DNA from: Asterias rubens
Taxonomy: Eukaryota
Assembly (NCBI RefSeq): GCF_902459465.1
Contig: NC_047080.1
Span: 10,974,001 to 11,038,000, forward strand
Direction of reading: 5' to 3'
DNA: 64,000 bases
Positions 21,470 through 37,821 of the stretch are shown here, piece after piece. Under the pieces are notes generated by a model. The model worked only from the letters and a program-made list of their open reading frames with translations. It was not told the DNA's origin and did no database searches. A program made the translations under genes and the position numbers. Every line of letters begins with the position of its first letter. Within the stretch, counting starts at the first letter, position 1.

Positions 21470-24400
21470 TCATTCTGACGGGTCGGCCAGTACCTCGATG
21501 CTGCTCTCTGATGCGTGGGAACCATCCTCCGCCGTTCCGTTCTCCTCTAGAGTTAATCCGATAACATCCCTGAGAGCCTGAGGGAGGTCTGGATACTCCA
21601 GGAGCTGTAGGTAGATTCCCTCGGCCCTTCGGAGTATCACCTCAATGTCAATGTGGAATGACAGCTCATTGACATGCTGGGGGTGGACAAAATGACATGA
21701 ATTGAGATCAGAGACGGTTATCAGTAAATATTTCTAGTAACGAAACCAAAGGACCCCGTAAAAGTGAAAAGCACTCTGGCCTGTAGGCCTTAAGATACCT
21801 AGGCCCAATTTCATAAAGCCTGTAAGCACAAAAACTTGCTCAGCACAAACAACTGTTGCTAAGCACAAACAGGTTACCAGCCAGAACACCAAACAGTTAC
21901 CATTGCTGCGACTGGTACCCAGGTAGCTTTTTTTGCTCAGCCAACAAATTTGCAAAGCAAAATTTTCTGCCTAATGAAATGGGAGACTTTGGAACGCTAG
22001 GTGGCAGCAGACTTATCAGGTAAATTTCCATTGTGTACGTAGCTCTGAGCATGCGCAAACTACCGAGAACAATGGATTTTACCTGGTAAGTCTGCTGCCA
22101 CCAAGAGTCCCAAAAGTCTCCCATATGGCCCTGTGTTGAGAAACACCCAGTTAATGTCAGTTTTAGAAGTGGAAGGAAATTCCCACAGGGACTGAAAACA
22201 ACGATCTATATACAAGGAACTTTCTGCAATACATTATACAATATTTCCATGACTCAATCAAATGCTTACCTTTAAGATGTCATTGAAGTCGTAGTTCTCC
22301 CTCTCAAGAAGGTCTCGCTCTCCGTCCAAAATGGCCAGACACATCAAGAAATGGAAATTCTTACACGGGAGGCCAGTCCACATAACCTGTACAAATAAGA
22401 ACAAAAGTTGTTAGCATAATTATACATTTCTGGTAATGAAATCAAGGATGCCTCATAAGTGAACTTAATCAGTGTAGACCGCAAGCCTGAGGAAACCTGT
22501 AGACAAGGGTGCTTACTATGTGAACCAGAAACACCTGGGTTAACCCCTACCCTTCCCTGATAAGTGTTCTGGGTTCTATTACGGGCACTACCAATCCCAG
22601 TACAAGGACGTTGTTACACGGCTTAATGTCCCATGCTACTGAAGCAAACAAATTTAGCGTTCTAGCGTGAACGTTCCACAGGATCTGGGTTGGTAACCTA
22701 CTTTGGCTTAGCAGACCACTCTGAGCTCAGCAGAATTATTCTGTGGCAGGTCTAGAAGATAAAAAAGGGGTCCTTACCTCCCAGACTCGGCAGATATTAT
22801 CCATTGTAAACTCTCTCTTGAACCAGATGAGGAGCCATCGGAAACAGAAGTAAAGATTACTGCATTCTTTGGATTCTAAGCAAACAAAACAGAAACACAA
22901 TTGTTTAAAACCGCTTTCAACAGATACCAGCACTTTAAAATGAACTTTATTATCATTATTATACTCCGAAAGGTGTCAAACCACAAGTTTCAAGATAACA
23001 AATTGATCAGTGCCACAAAGTGTTTGTCATTCAGTAACAGTTACAAAAGAGAAGAAAACAAATTCCAACATTGGGTGAACACCAAGTGTTCAAGTTTTTC
23101 TTATTTGATAATTTGCTAATCACTTTTTGGTGGTGTACTTACGAAGATAGCTGTAGAGTTTAGGGTCCACAATCTGCATCATGCTGTTGAGTTGCATCAG
23201 CTGGTTCCTCATGCCTTCCTGCTCCATGTCAAAGTTCATGACCTGTAGGTCAGCAAACAATCATACAAATTAACATGAGAAGTTCTCTCCAAACCTAATG
23301 GTTATTTCTATGACAGTAGCTATTTTCAGAAAGCGCGTGTACACAGCATCTTTAAAGGTCGAAGATTCCTGCATTGGTTTTCTGAATCTGAATTATGCAT
23401 GTATAGTCAGCAAAACGTCCTAATGGAAACAACACACCAACATTTTGTAGAGAAGACAATGACGAAATTTCAGTTGTAGACATGGGAGGAAAAACCCTAT
23501 AGGGAAAACCCACAAAGTCCTGAAAAAGGGACTGGAAAAAAAAGAATCCAGGGCCCAGTCCAGGCTTGAACGGGGTCCACAGAGGTGAAAGGCAGTGACT
23601 AAAACCACTGAGCCAACTTGACTTTTTTTTTTCTGAAAGAAAACTTAAATCTGACAACAAAATCGCTCTCTATCATTTGCGAAAAAGAATCAACTTACCA
23701 GACCCAGTTCATCAAGAAATCCTGCAAAGCACCAGAAGGCATCAACCTCCTTCTCCATGATCATCAGAATGGGTGACAACAGATCGCTCATCCCCTGGAC
23801 ATAACCTGAACATGGAGAAGAAACAGTCAGAATGCTGGTAATGTTGGATTACATTGTTCTCGAAAATCAATAAATAAACAATGAAGTGTGAAAGTCTATT
23901 AACCTTGGGGGGGGGGGTATTCGATCCCACAAACTTTGCCAGAGTAATATGCCTATTTTTTTTTACACATGACTCGGGAAAGAAACGAGTTTACAGGATT
24001 AACACACATCTGTGTAAGGGTAAAACAAAATAATATTCTTATCCCGAAAGCAAATTAATCATCTATTAAAACAGGATATACTTTTGATAACTGTCCAAGA
24101 CCAGTATCCTCACTTGGTGTATCCCAACATATGCATACAATGACAAACCTGTGAAAATTTGGGCTCACTTGATCGTCAAAGTTGCAAGAATATATGATGA
24201 AAGAAACAACCACACTTGTTGCACAGGTTTGTGTGCTTTCAGATGTCTGAAAAGGCTTCATGCCTGAAGTCTTTCTCAGAATCAATTTTGTGTGTGAAAA
24301 TGATCTTTCTCTAAAACTACATTAATTAAAAGGTGGTCGTTTCTAACAATGCATTATACTATCAACAGCTCTCCAGTGCAAAGTACCAAGTAATTCTTTA

Positions 24401-27400
24401 TGGTCTTTAATATTTTGAGTAATTAAAGATCTGCTATCTTACCAAGGTCAAAGTTATATTGACAGTATGTCATGAGAACATCATTGAGTATTTCAAGGTG
24501 TGGATTATGCTCCCCTTCATAGTATGCGTGCGTCCTGTCCGTTCGTATTACATCCTTGTCTGAAATCAAACAATTATGGAAAAATAAAAACTATGTTAGG
24601 TATTTCATCTTGTAATATAGTTGCAGAGTTTAATATTTGAGAAAATATAATTAGCTGTTGCAAACTGTGGACCAATTAAAGGACCTAGGGTTAATGGCCT
24701 GACATTTTTACCCAAGCAGAATCTTTCTCGGTAAAAAATAAAATAAAAAAATTATGCGAGTTTGTCCCAAACAAGGCTTAAAACAGTTCATTAGGTGCGG
24801 TTGTGCTTTCATGTTGATTCTCCTAAACAGTCAACGATTTAATCCAGCAGCCACTGTCGGAAACACCACGGCAAACCCCTTCTCTCTTGAAAATGTAGGG
24901 GATTAAGATAAGAAACATTCCACTCCAAATTTTCAAATATTTTGCATTATTGGCACAATGAAACACACCCCTGAAACGATACAAGGTATATTGCAGACAT
25001 GCAACTTTCTAATTGCCAAAAAAACAGAGGTACTGGCCGATCACACTTAACTTTCGTACAGTGTTTCTCAGTTTTCTATGGCACTGTCTTAAAAAAGAAA
25101 GAAAAAAAGAAAAGTTACATGCCTGGTATTGTATACCTTTGATTGACATACCTATGATGTTCTTCCTCTCACGGATTGTGGAAAATCTTTTCTCTTGCTC
25201 CGGGGTGATCGTCTTCCACTGGGCCTTCATGCAGAAATATTCATCCCTGTAATAATCAACAAGGGAAACTGACTGGGTAAAGTCTAACTAATTTTGAGTT
25301 AGACTGAGAAAATTTCCTTGAGCGGGACTTCAGTCTGTGCATGCTGGATTAACTTGCTGGCTCTATACCGAATTAGTCCTAATGTTAAATTTGTAAATAT
25401 CATTGTTCGAGTGAATGGCTTCCATAGAGTTATATGTTAGAACTAGAGGGCGCACTGGTGATGCTGCTTGCACAAATGCGACGGGACCGCAAGATGACAA
25501 GCGCGCCATTCTGTACACGCGTTGAATATGAAATACACGTTTGAGTTTTTTTTTATTGAACGCTCACGCGATGTCATTTGTTCAACTTAAAAAATGGCCA
25601 CACAAACACCTGCTGTGAGATGGCTGTTTTGTCAACTTAGAAAATGGCCGCCTGCGCGCATGCCGGGGCGCGTATATAGGCCAATGCGCCCTCTAGTTCT
25701 TATATATAGCTCTATGATGGCGTCTGACTGGGGGAATTTTTTTATTTTTTATTACCATAAATTTTTCAAAATAAATTGATGTTTTGATACAATTCAAATT
25801 AATTGACGCGTCTTCACTATTTCAGACTTACTCTTTTCTTTTTCTTAGTGCTATCCTTTCTGTCCTTGTGGAATTCCAGGGATAGTATTTCAAGATAAAC
25901 TTCCAGACGTCCCTCCTTATCGACGGGTCCATACCCTGAGAAAAATCACAGGCATTTATATTTTTAACAACACACTGAACACATTGAGAACACACTTTGA
26001 AAACTAGCAAGGAAAACCTAGAATTAAGATGAAATATAAGAACACAAGTTGAAAAGATAAAGAAAATACAAATTGAGGAGACACATTAACAAAACATTTA
26101 GACACACTGAAAACACAATTTATAAACAGTTAATACAACATTAAGTAGGTGGACACACTTAAAACCAACTTTCAAACAGTGGAAAAAAACTAAGAAGACA
26201 CACTTAAAACACACTTTAACAAACTTACCCCTTGGAAAATCTTCTTAAGCAATTCAGGGACTTCAATAACCCGTCCCTCTTTGTCCAAATGGCTCTCCCA
26301 CTCCGCCTTCGTCAGGGGGTCCCTCCGTTCAACCTCCGGTCTTGGACCCAGTCTGCTCTGTTGAGATAACAGAGTGTGGATGAAATCTATTAGAATTAAT
26401 TGTTTCAAGACTAAACTTAGGTCTGAAATGATATGGAGGCCAGGGGAATAGCCTGTTATTTATTTACCTCCATGAATGCACGAGTCAGGGTTGTACAACT
26501 TGGGTTGAGGACTCTGACTTGTGTTTCGAGTCTGACTAGTGTTTCAGGTTTTGGGGAGTGTTGAGTCACGTCAGCAAAAGACTTAGTAAAAGACCATGAC
26601 TTGGCTACAACTCTACTGACACTGTAACATCTTGACAATGTGAGAAAAGGTGTTTATGTTGGGATCCTGGGTTTACATCACACTTGAGTTGCTTTCAGAT
26701 CTGCATTTCCGCAAAAGTTGGACAGAGTATAAAGTGTGTATCACAAATCAGTGTCAGAGTAAAAACAAAATAACAATCTGTTTTGATAACAAGTTTAAGC
26801 AATTTCTTTTCACTTCAGGCAGGCCTATTCACAAACATTAATATTTATAGCTGATCAGGGATAGGGTGCTAGATTTTTCTACAGCTTTTAATTTCATCTA
26901 AAAGATCTGCAAATCAAAGTAAAGCTGCTGAAGCCTCGTCTCTCAAAAGGCCTCTGATACTTATTGACCCATAATTATATGGATGAGGTATAGAGTCAAG
27001 ATATTTTGTGTTACCTCTGGGACAACCATTTCATAGCTCTGTTCGGCCTCTGAGTTGACGGATAATATACTGGGCAGATCGGCCATCAGCTCGGCATACT
27101 CATCGAAGGGTCGGCTGGCTGTGGGCGTCGTCAAAGTATCACGCAAGAAGTTGGTCACTTTGGAGAACCCACCCATTGTTGCGGTATACGGGTCCTTGAA
27201 GAACTTCTGATGATGAAATAACAACCAATTGTACAAAGATAATAAAAAGAGACTAAAATTGTTGCGATATTAGGTAAGCAACAACAAAGAATTTATTGTT
27301 GCAAATTGTTCAACAAACAATTTTTCGCCAAAGAGTAATGGTCGTGAGGTAATTTACAGGTTACCAGTTCAATGAAATCTCCAAGAAGCAAAAGTATAAA

Positions 27401-29879
27401 CGTTCAATTTTCAGTTAAAGGGAAGGTACACGGTTGGTATTTGTCAAAGACCAGTCTTCTCACTTGGTGTATCCCAACATAAGCATAAAATAACAAGCCT
27501 GTGAAAATTTGAGCTAAATTGGCCATCGAAGTTGTGAGAAAATGATGAGAGAAAAAACACCCTTGTTGGACGAATTCGTGTGCTTTCAGATAGGAATAAA
27601 AGACTTCTGGCTAGGAGTCTTTTATTATTTTAGTGAGAAATAACCTCTTTCTCAAAATCTATGCTACTTCAGAGGGAGCTGTTTCTTGCATTGTTTTATG
27701 TTATCAACAGCTCTCCAATGCTTGTTACCAAGTCAGTTTTTAAGTTAATATTTGTTTTGAGTAATTACCAAACGTGTACCTTCCCTTTAATTTTCTCTGG
27801 GAATTTACTTTGAAATGCCTCTTGTAGGTTCATACTTAATACAGTGGATCTGGTCACCTCTGAGTCGCCAAGAGCTAAAATTACTCCAGAACTTTGCTCT
27901 TGAAGATGGACAGCAATGTTCCTCTGGTAAGGGGGACTTCTAGGAGGAAAATTGCTGTAAAAATCTTAAAAGGGCACCACGGCAAAAGCACAAGGCACTG
28001 GGGCAATTGCTGTGGGTGCGGCGCAGGTTAATACCAGGCCTGTTACTCCAATGCAAAAAAAAGTTGGCTTACGGTTGCGGAAGTCTCGCCCATGATCTTT
28101 AGCTCAGTAAAAGACTGCGTCAGAGCGTCTGTGTTGTGTGGTAGCACAATCAACTGGCAAGAATCTGTAAGATTTCTGTAAAGAGGAAACGAAGGATATG
28201 TTTTTTTTTAATTGTTGGACTCTGTTATTTTCAAGAAAATGACAGAAAAATGAATAGAACAGCTAATTTTATTTTCTCAAAAATTAATAGGAAATATACA
28301 TTTCTGAGTTTATGTTAGAACTGTAGATTCTTTGTTAACATGGGAAACATTTCAAAAAGTCTATTCGGTACAATACGTTTCATTGACCTTTTGCTCTTGC
28401 TGTTGTGTGAGCATAAGTGGGTTAAATCTTGAGGCTGTTTACGGCCGCTATGAGCACTTCAGTATGAGCCACTTACCACCACTTTGGTCTCTAAAAGATT
28501 AAGAAGTCAAGAAGATGTTACTCACGTGGAAATAATAACGTGCTTCTTCAGTTCTTTAACCAGCGCCGTGCTGCCCCCCTCGTGGAAATGCAGCGGGGGT
28601 AACGACACCCCGTCCTTGAGCACGAACATGAGGTACGACCAGCCCAGACCACGCTTGGAACGACGGATGGTCTTAGTGTCCACTAAGGGAAAGCTCATTG
28701 CATAACGGCTTCGTCGACTTGGCTGTGCAACAGTCACATTCTCTGTAGGTAGGGAAATAGTTAATAAAAGTATAAATCTTACTCAACATGATTTAAACAC
28801 AAACTTTTATTTTATTTCATTTATTTTTACTTTTTTCTTGGGGGGGGGGGGCGGGGAGTTAAAACTTTGCATAGTGGGAGTATGATCTAGAAACATGAAA
28901 TCTCTCTTTGAATTTGGGTGGTTCTGAAAGAACCTCTTGTGTATCAACCTTTAACCAACCTGTTACTTTGCTGTTTTCTCTCTGGTAACTGACTGCGTTT
29001 ACAACGGTCCAGTCAGTCTCAGTTTTCTCTGGGCTATGATTCTCGATCTCCCTGATCGGGTTCCACTCAATGTACGCTCCATCACTCTGTTAAAAAAGAA
29101 ATACATAAAATAAAAAAACTGGAACGTATACCTATTGGAATGGAGGATTGGAATAAATTTAACCCAGGCTTGGAATAACAAGCGGAGGCCAAGACCTCAA
29201 TTGCCCCTGGTCTTTCACTTGGTGCCCATTCAAAAGTTTCCCATTGACTTTCAAATTTTCCAATAAGGTTTATCGCGATTCAGAACTGCAATGCGTTGTG
29301 GGAAGGAATATGGGGCGGTTTCTATGCAGTTTCTACAACTCCAGCACGCAACGCCTAAAACTTTGTGTGGGTTCAACAGCGCCCTCTCTTGATATTTTGC
29401 TATTCGCGATAAACCTTATGGAAGTGCCCTTTCATAAAAATGAAAATGGCAGGCCTGTTAATGTTATTGGAGATTCAACCCTTTCCAAAAAGTACTAATG
29501 CGTTAGCTCTTCAACCTATTCAGTTTATTCACGCCAACTTTGTTTCAGAAAAAGAAAAAACTTAGCGATACCTTTCTGATCACCTGGATCTTTCCTCCGA
29601 ACAGAACATCACCAGCTTCATCTTGAGTTGTGTGTATGAACACACCACTCTGTTCGTATAACACCTGCGTCTATGGGCAAATTAGGTGAAGAAATGAGAG
29701 TAATAAACAATTAGGACAGCTAAGACAAGTCAATCAACATGATCAAAAAGGGGGAAGTGCAACTAGCCTGCAATTGCAATGTAATTAATTCCGTGCAGTG
29801 TCGATCGTCAACAAATTCACACAATTTCCTACATTAAATTCCCATCCATTCATACCTCTACATCTCCTGATGCCATCAT
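21470..29879 (-). CDS. TBC1D15: TBC1 domain family member 15/17 (Rab7 GAP), 15 exons, ~609 aa
   Basis: Exons 29856-29879, 29572-29664, 28960-29086, 28526-28742, 28073-28175, 27015-27206, 26229-26357, 25832-25935, 25152-25246, 24443-24559, 23699-23805, 23143-23242, 22778-22875, 22270-22386, 21470-21676. Arg finger IDKDVIRTDR, Gln finger GYVQGMSDLLSP, LYFCFRWLLIWFKREF, and N-terminal VLYEQSGVFIH. The 24-nt first exon is less certain. Confidence 0.95.
21979..22124. mobile_element. Short foldback element
   Basis: atgggagactttggaacgctaggtggcagcagacttatcaggtaaatttccattgt pairs with acaatggattttacctggtaagtctgctgccaccaagagtcccaaaagtctcccat. Partial copy at ~20706-20760. Confidence 0.7.
25423..25716. 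mobile_element. MITE-like element with CATAGAG termini
   Basis: TIR catagagttatatgttagaactagagggcgca / tgcgccctctagttcttatatatagctctatg. Confidence 0.7.
27415..27790. mobile_element. TTAA-flanked non-autonomous DNA transposon (variant TIR) in a TBC1D15 intron
   Basis: TTAA|agggaaggtacacggttggta ... taccaaacgtgtaccttccct|TTAA; same internal body in the opposite orientation to 36073. Confidence 0.78.
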
Positions 29880-30284
29880 GAAATACACTTGATGTTGATC
29901 ATCAACTTCATACAATCAATCTATGCCAGGAATACGATGTTTCCAAGTATTTATTTTATGGAAATTATGACATCAACTCATCCTGACATGACGAAGGACA
30001 AAATAATTTGTGATGATTTGGCGCAACTGAAAGGGCGCCACCATTAGTACGAGATCATCCGATCCCTAGACTTGTAACCAGTCCTCATACAAAAACTTCA
30101 GACTCCACATCATGGGTAGCCTCTTCCTCAAGCAGGTTAAGAGGCTGAGGAAGAGGTTGATTGTAAAGAGGTAAATTAGAAGAATTCTTGGAATTTTAAT
30201 GGCCAAAAACTTATCAGGAACTTTTTTCCCCTCCAAAGTTAATAATTCCTAAGAACAAAATTGCTTTTTTTTTTCTTACAATGA

Positions 30285-30515
30285 TTTTTGGGGTTGAACA
30301 AAGAATTGACTAGAGTGGGATTCGAACCAACGACCTCCAGATTAACGTGCCAGCGCTCCACCAACTGTGCTATCTAGCCCTATATTGGTGGTGTCCCTAT
30401 TTTGTCAATATCTTTGTTTGGGGTGCGTCAGAAGCCATACAGCCGTTTAACTGCCTTGTAGCCAGGGATCACACCCAAATGACCATACAACCTGGGAAGC
30501 AGCAGCCAGGGGATG
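30285..30515 (-). repeat. Dispersed repeat with an internal tRNA-like (GTT anticodon) segment at 30308-30379
   Basis: 72-nt cloverleaf-like sequence with a paired acceptor stem and TTCGAAT loop, but mismatched D, anticodon and T stems. Same unit at ~2485-2720, ~4405-4600 and ~47480-47660. Confidence 0.75.
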
Positions 30516-31148
30516 CGACTTTTTTGTTTCAGATATCAATTTTAGTTAAAATCAAACTTCACAACAGATCATAAAACAGTTTCAGCTACTATGCTGAATT
30601 GGTTTATTTACAGAAAAGAATGCACACCATAATAAAGTTACAAAATAAGTTTTACATTCAAGTTGTATGATTTTAAAATAGGAACAATTCAGAGAATTCA
30701 GAAATTTGTCTATGTAGAAATTGAAACTGGTAAAAACATCAAGCGAGCTTCCAGGTTCAATCTTCTCATTTCCCCCACCCCAATAATGGTACAATCCCAG
30801 CAAATCTTGTTGGGTACCCAACATTAAATATTGTTTTATAAACAAATGTTGAATAAATGTTAATGTCAAGAGTTTTGTTATTGGACTAAAAACTCTACAC
30901 ATTAACAGGTGGAAACATTTTACTTCAAGGTGAGGGTTACAACTAACTGATTTGTGCTGCCAATCTAAATCAGCTGTCGCCAGGGACATTTTACAAACAT
31001 AATTCTCGTTAAAAACATACAACGTGTGGTAAAATAACAGCATTAATATAAAAATATCATCTGTGCTTGCCCACCTTACTCAAAAGAAAAAAAAAACCCA
31101 AATGTGCCCCAGCCGTATGCTTTAGATAGCAATTTGTAGATTCCATCC

Positions 31149-35310
<4,162 letters not shown>

Positions 35311-36072
35311 TCTCGATAAAGTTATTATAGTTCTGTACCCCGGGCCGCTGTACTTGTGATCAGTTCTTCTGTGGTCCTTGCAGCAAAAATTTCTGCTGCC
35401 GAAGGGATGAGAACGCCCAAAGCAAAAGTGATGAAGTGTGTACTGTCACAGTGTCAGTGTCACTAGTCCGTAGTCAGTTCTGTACCGTGTGGTAGTGATT
35501 GCACCACGAATATGCAATAAAATATTTATTGCAAAACTCGTTAGCCCCAGACCAGACCTAAGCAAGAGTAGGCCTGTATGTACTACTACTCACACTGCAG
35601 ACTAGTGTACTCCCCATCGGCAAGCTGTAGGCAGGGAGCTGAATGGAACAAGTCCTTTTTTTCCCTTCACTTTATTGTAGGGATCAGTGTGTTCTGCTTC
35701 CCACTACATACCGTGTACTGTGTATCTATTTTTCTTCCTCCATGGTATGTCGCAGCGCACCATACACACAGCAGGCACGTGTGTACAGCAAGAGTAGGAG
35801 GTCATGACCCCCGCTAGTCTTTGTGCAAGACGTTTGTGTTGAGTTGGTAAAACACTACACACGTCGATAGAGGGCGTTTAGTTAGCCGCGATCCACGATC
35901 TCAGTGTGGTGCCTCCCGGATGATTCTGTCCACCAAAAAGCGGCGAAATGGTTCTGATGATAGTCATCTTTTGAATCATCCTCTTCCAGCCCATGTTAAT
36001 TTTCCCACATGGGGGATAGAATCACCGGCGGACAGAATTCCCTTGGACATGCTCCTGCCCATTTCATATTGT

Positions 36073-36454
36073 TTAAAGGCAGTGGACACTATTGGTAATC
36101 ATGCAAAATAATTATTAGCATAAAACCTTTCTTGGTGACCAGTAATGGGGAAAGGTTGATGGTATAAAACATTGTGAGAAATGGCTCCGAAGTGCCATAG
36201 TTTTCGAGAGAGAAGTAATTTTCCACGAATTTGATTTCGAGACCTCAAGTTTAGAACTTGAGGTCTCGAAATCAACTATCTAAACGCACACAACTTCGTG
36301 TGACAAGGGTATTTTTTCTTTCATTATTATCTCGGAAGTTCGATGACCGGTTGAGCTCAAATTTTCACAGGTTTGTTGTTTTATGCACATGTTGAGATAC
36401 AACAAGTGAGAAGACTGGTCTTTGACAATTACCAATAGTGTCCACTGCCTTTAA
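36073..36454. mobile_element. Non-autonomous DNA transposon with TTAA target duplication (Kolobok/piggyBac-like), ~375 bp
   Basis: TTAA|aggcagtggacactattggtaat ... attaccaatagtgtccactgcct|TTAA. Family copies at 16253-16639, 19001-19368, 24066-24428, 27415-27790, 38923-39270, 49493-49874, 55230-55566 and 62401-62751. Superfamily call is inference. Confidence 0.8.
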
Positions 36455-37456
36455 TGGTTTAAGTTTGTCCGAGTTCCCTCGGAAAGGGACATGCCGCCCG
36501 TTGGTAGTGCCTTTTTTTCTTCTTCAAACAAGCACCCTTTGCTATCACGATATTCATGACCGAACAATAATTATTTCAATAGAATTGTCACATGCTTCAC
36601 ATTGCATTGTGTCGGCCGCCTGTAATTTCATCAGAGAGGACAAGGCAATTTTCATTTTGCAAAATGCACCCGTTAGAAAATACCCGCTTGATGCGGATGC
36701 CCTAAGTTGCAATCTTCCATAGACCTTATCGCAAATACCAATGCGCAAGCGCAGACTGTTGAATGAGGTGCATTGTGGGATAGATATGGATCAAATTTGG
36801 ATACCAGCTAGACCACAATGCACCTAATTCCAAGCTTAACGCGCGCGCCCCAGTATTCGCGAAAAGGTCTATAACAAGCATAGCGCCCTCTATGAGTCTT
36901 TTAGTGCTCCCATTCATCGGCTGCTGCCGTTTGGAGAAGTGACAAAGTTTGAACGCGCGCGCCACGTGCATGCACATCACCACTTACCAGTCACTGAAAA
37001 GAAACAACGGACTAGTCGCAGTGTTCTAATGCGAAAAAAGCCTACAACTCATTAATTACCATCTAGCCTACTTTGTTATTCTATAGATTTTCAAATTTCC
37101 AGTCTTCGTGTTCATTCAATGCAAATGCTGAAGCTTGCGGGGGACACAGACTTTAAAGACATCATCTTCACAAAGAACATTATTATTTCATAGAATAGGT
37201 TTCAAAGAGGTGGGATTTGAAAGGGGCAGGAAACAAAGAGAATGTTTTCTTACCCTCGGATACGGGGCAGAGCGGAGGGTATCCCCCTCCAATAATCAAA
37301 TTACTGAAACACTATTTTCCTCTTGTCAGAAGTGAATCAGAAGTGAATCCTTCAAGGAATTTTCTGAGAATGCAAGCACAATGAACTTGGCCGGGGGGGT
37401 GGTTCCATGCCCCATCGAGCACCAAAGAATGGTAAAATTTTGCACTCTCGTACCTG

Positions 37457-37574
37457 ATTGGTTGAAACTGGCATATGGTGAAACTTGATAAACTTTCGGA
37501 TTGGTCGTGAGTGGCGTGCACCACTTTCCCGTCAGAAGTCGTCTGCTCACTCAAACCATCAAATCACTCATTGG
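37457..37574 (+). promoter_or_regulatory. Three inverted CCAAT boxes, candidate collagen promoter
   Basis: ATTGG at 37457, 37500 and 37570, about 250-365 bp upstream of the tentative collagen ATG at 37822. Confidence 0.3.
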
Positions 37575-37821
37575 ATCGTGCACGCACACAAGTCAAGGCT
37601 ACAAGACGTGAGAAGTCGAGGTACCATAAGCCTGTGTTGTTTGTACGTGTGGTAGGTGGACTTCTTGTATACGACTACCGTGTGAACACGCACAAAATGA
37701 GTTAAACATTTTGTTTTCGTCTTCGTTACACTTCTTCAAACAACTTCACCATTTGTTCCAGAAATTTATGTGAAAACGAACCCCTGCAATGTGTTAGATA
37801 GTCCCACTTTAAATATTTACA

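Noticed and set aside
30308-30379. Functional tRNA-Asn gene
   Set aside because: Mismatches in the D, anticodon and T stems, sequence unlike eukaryotic tRNA-Asn, and it is part of a dispersed repeat with more decayed copies.
35330-36060. GC-richer region with short ORFs upstream of DHPS as an extra gene
   Set aside because: All frames on both strands are short with no known motif; more likely promoter or UTR sequence plus repeat fragments.
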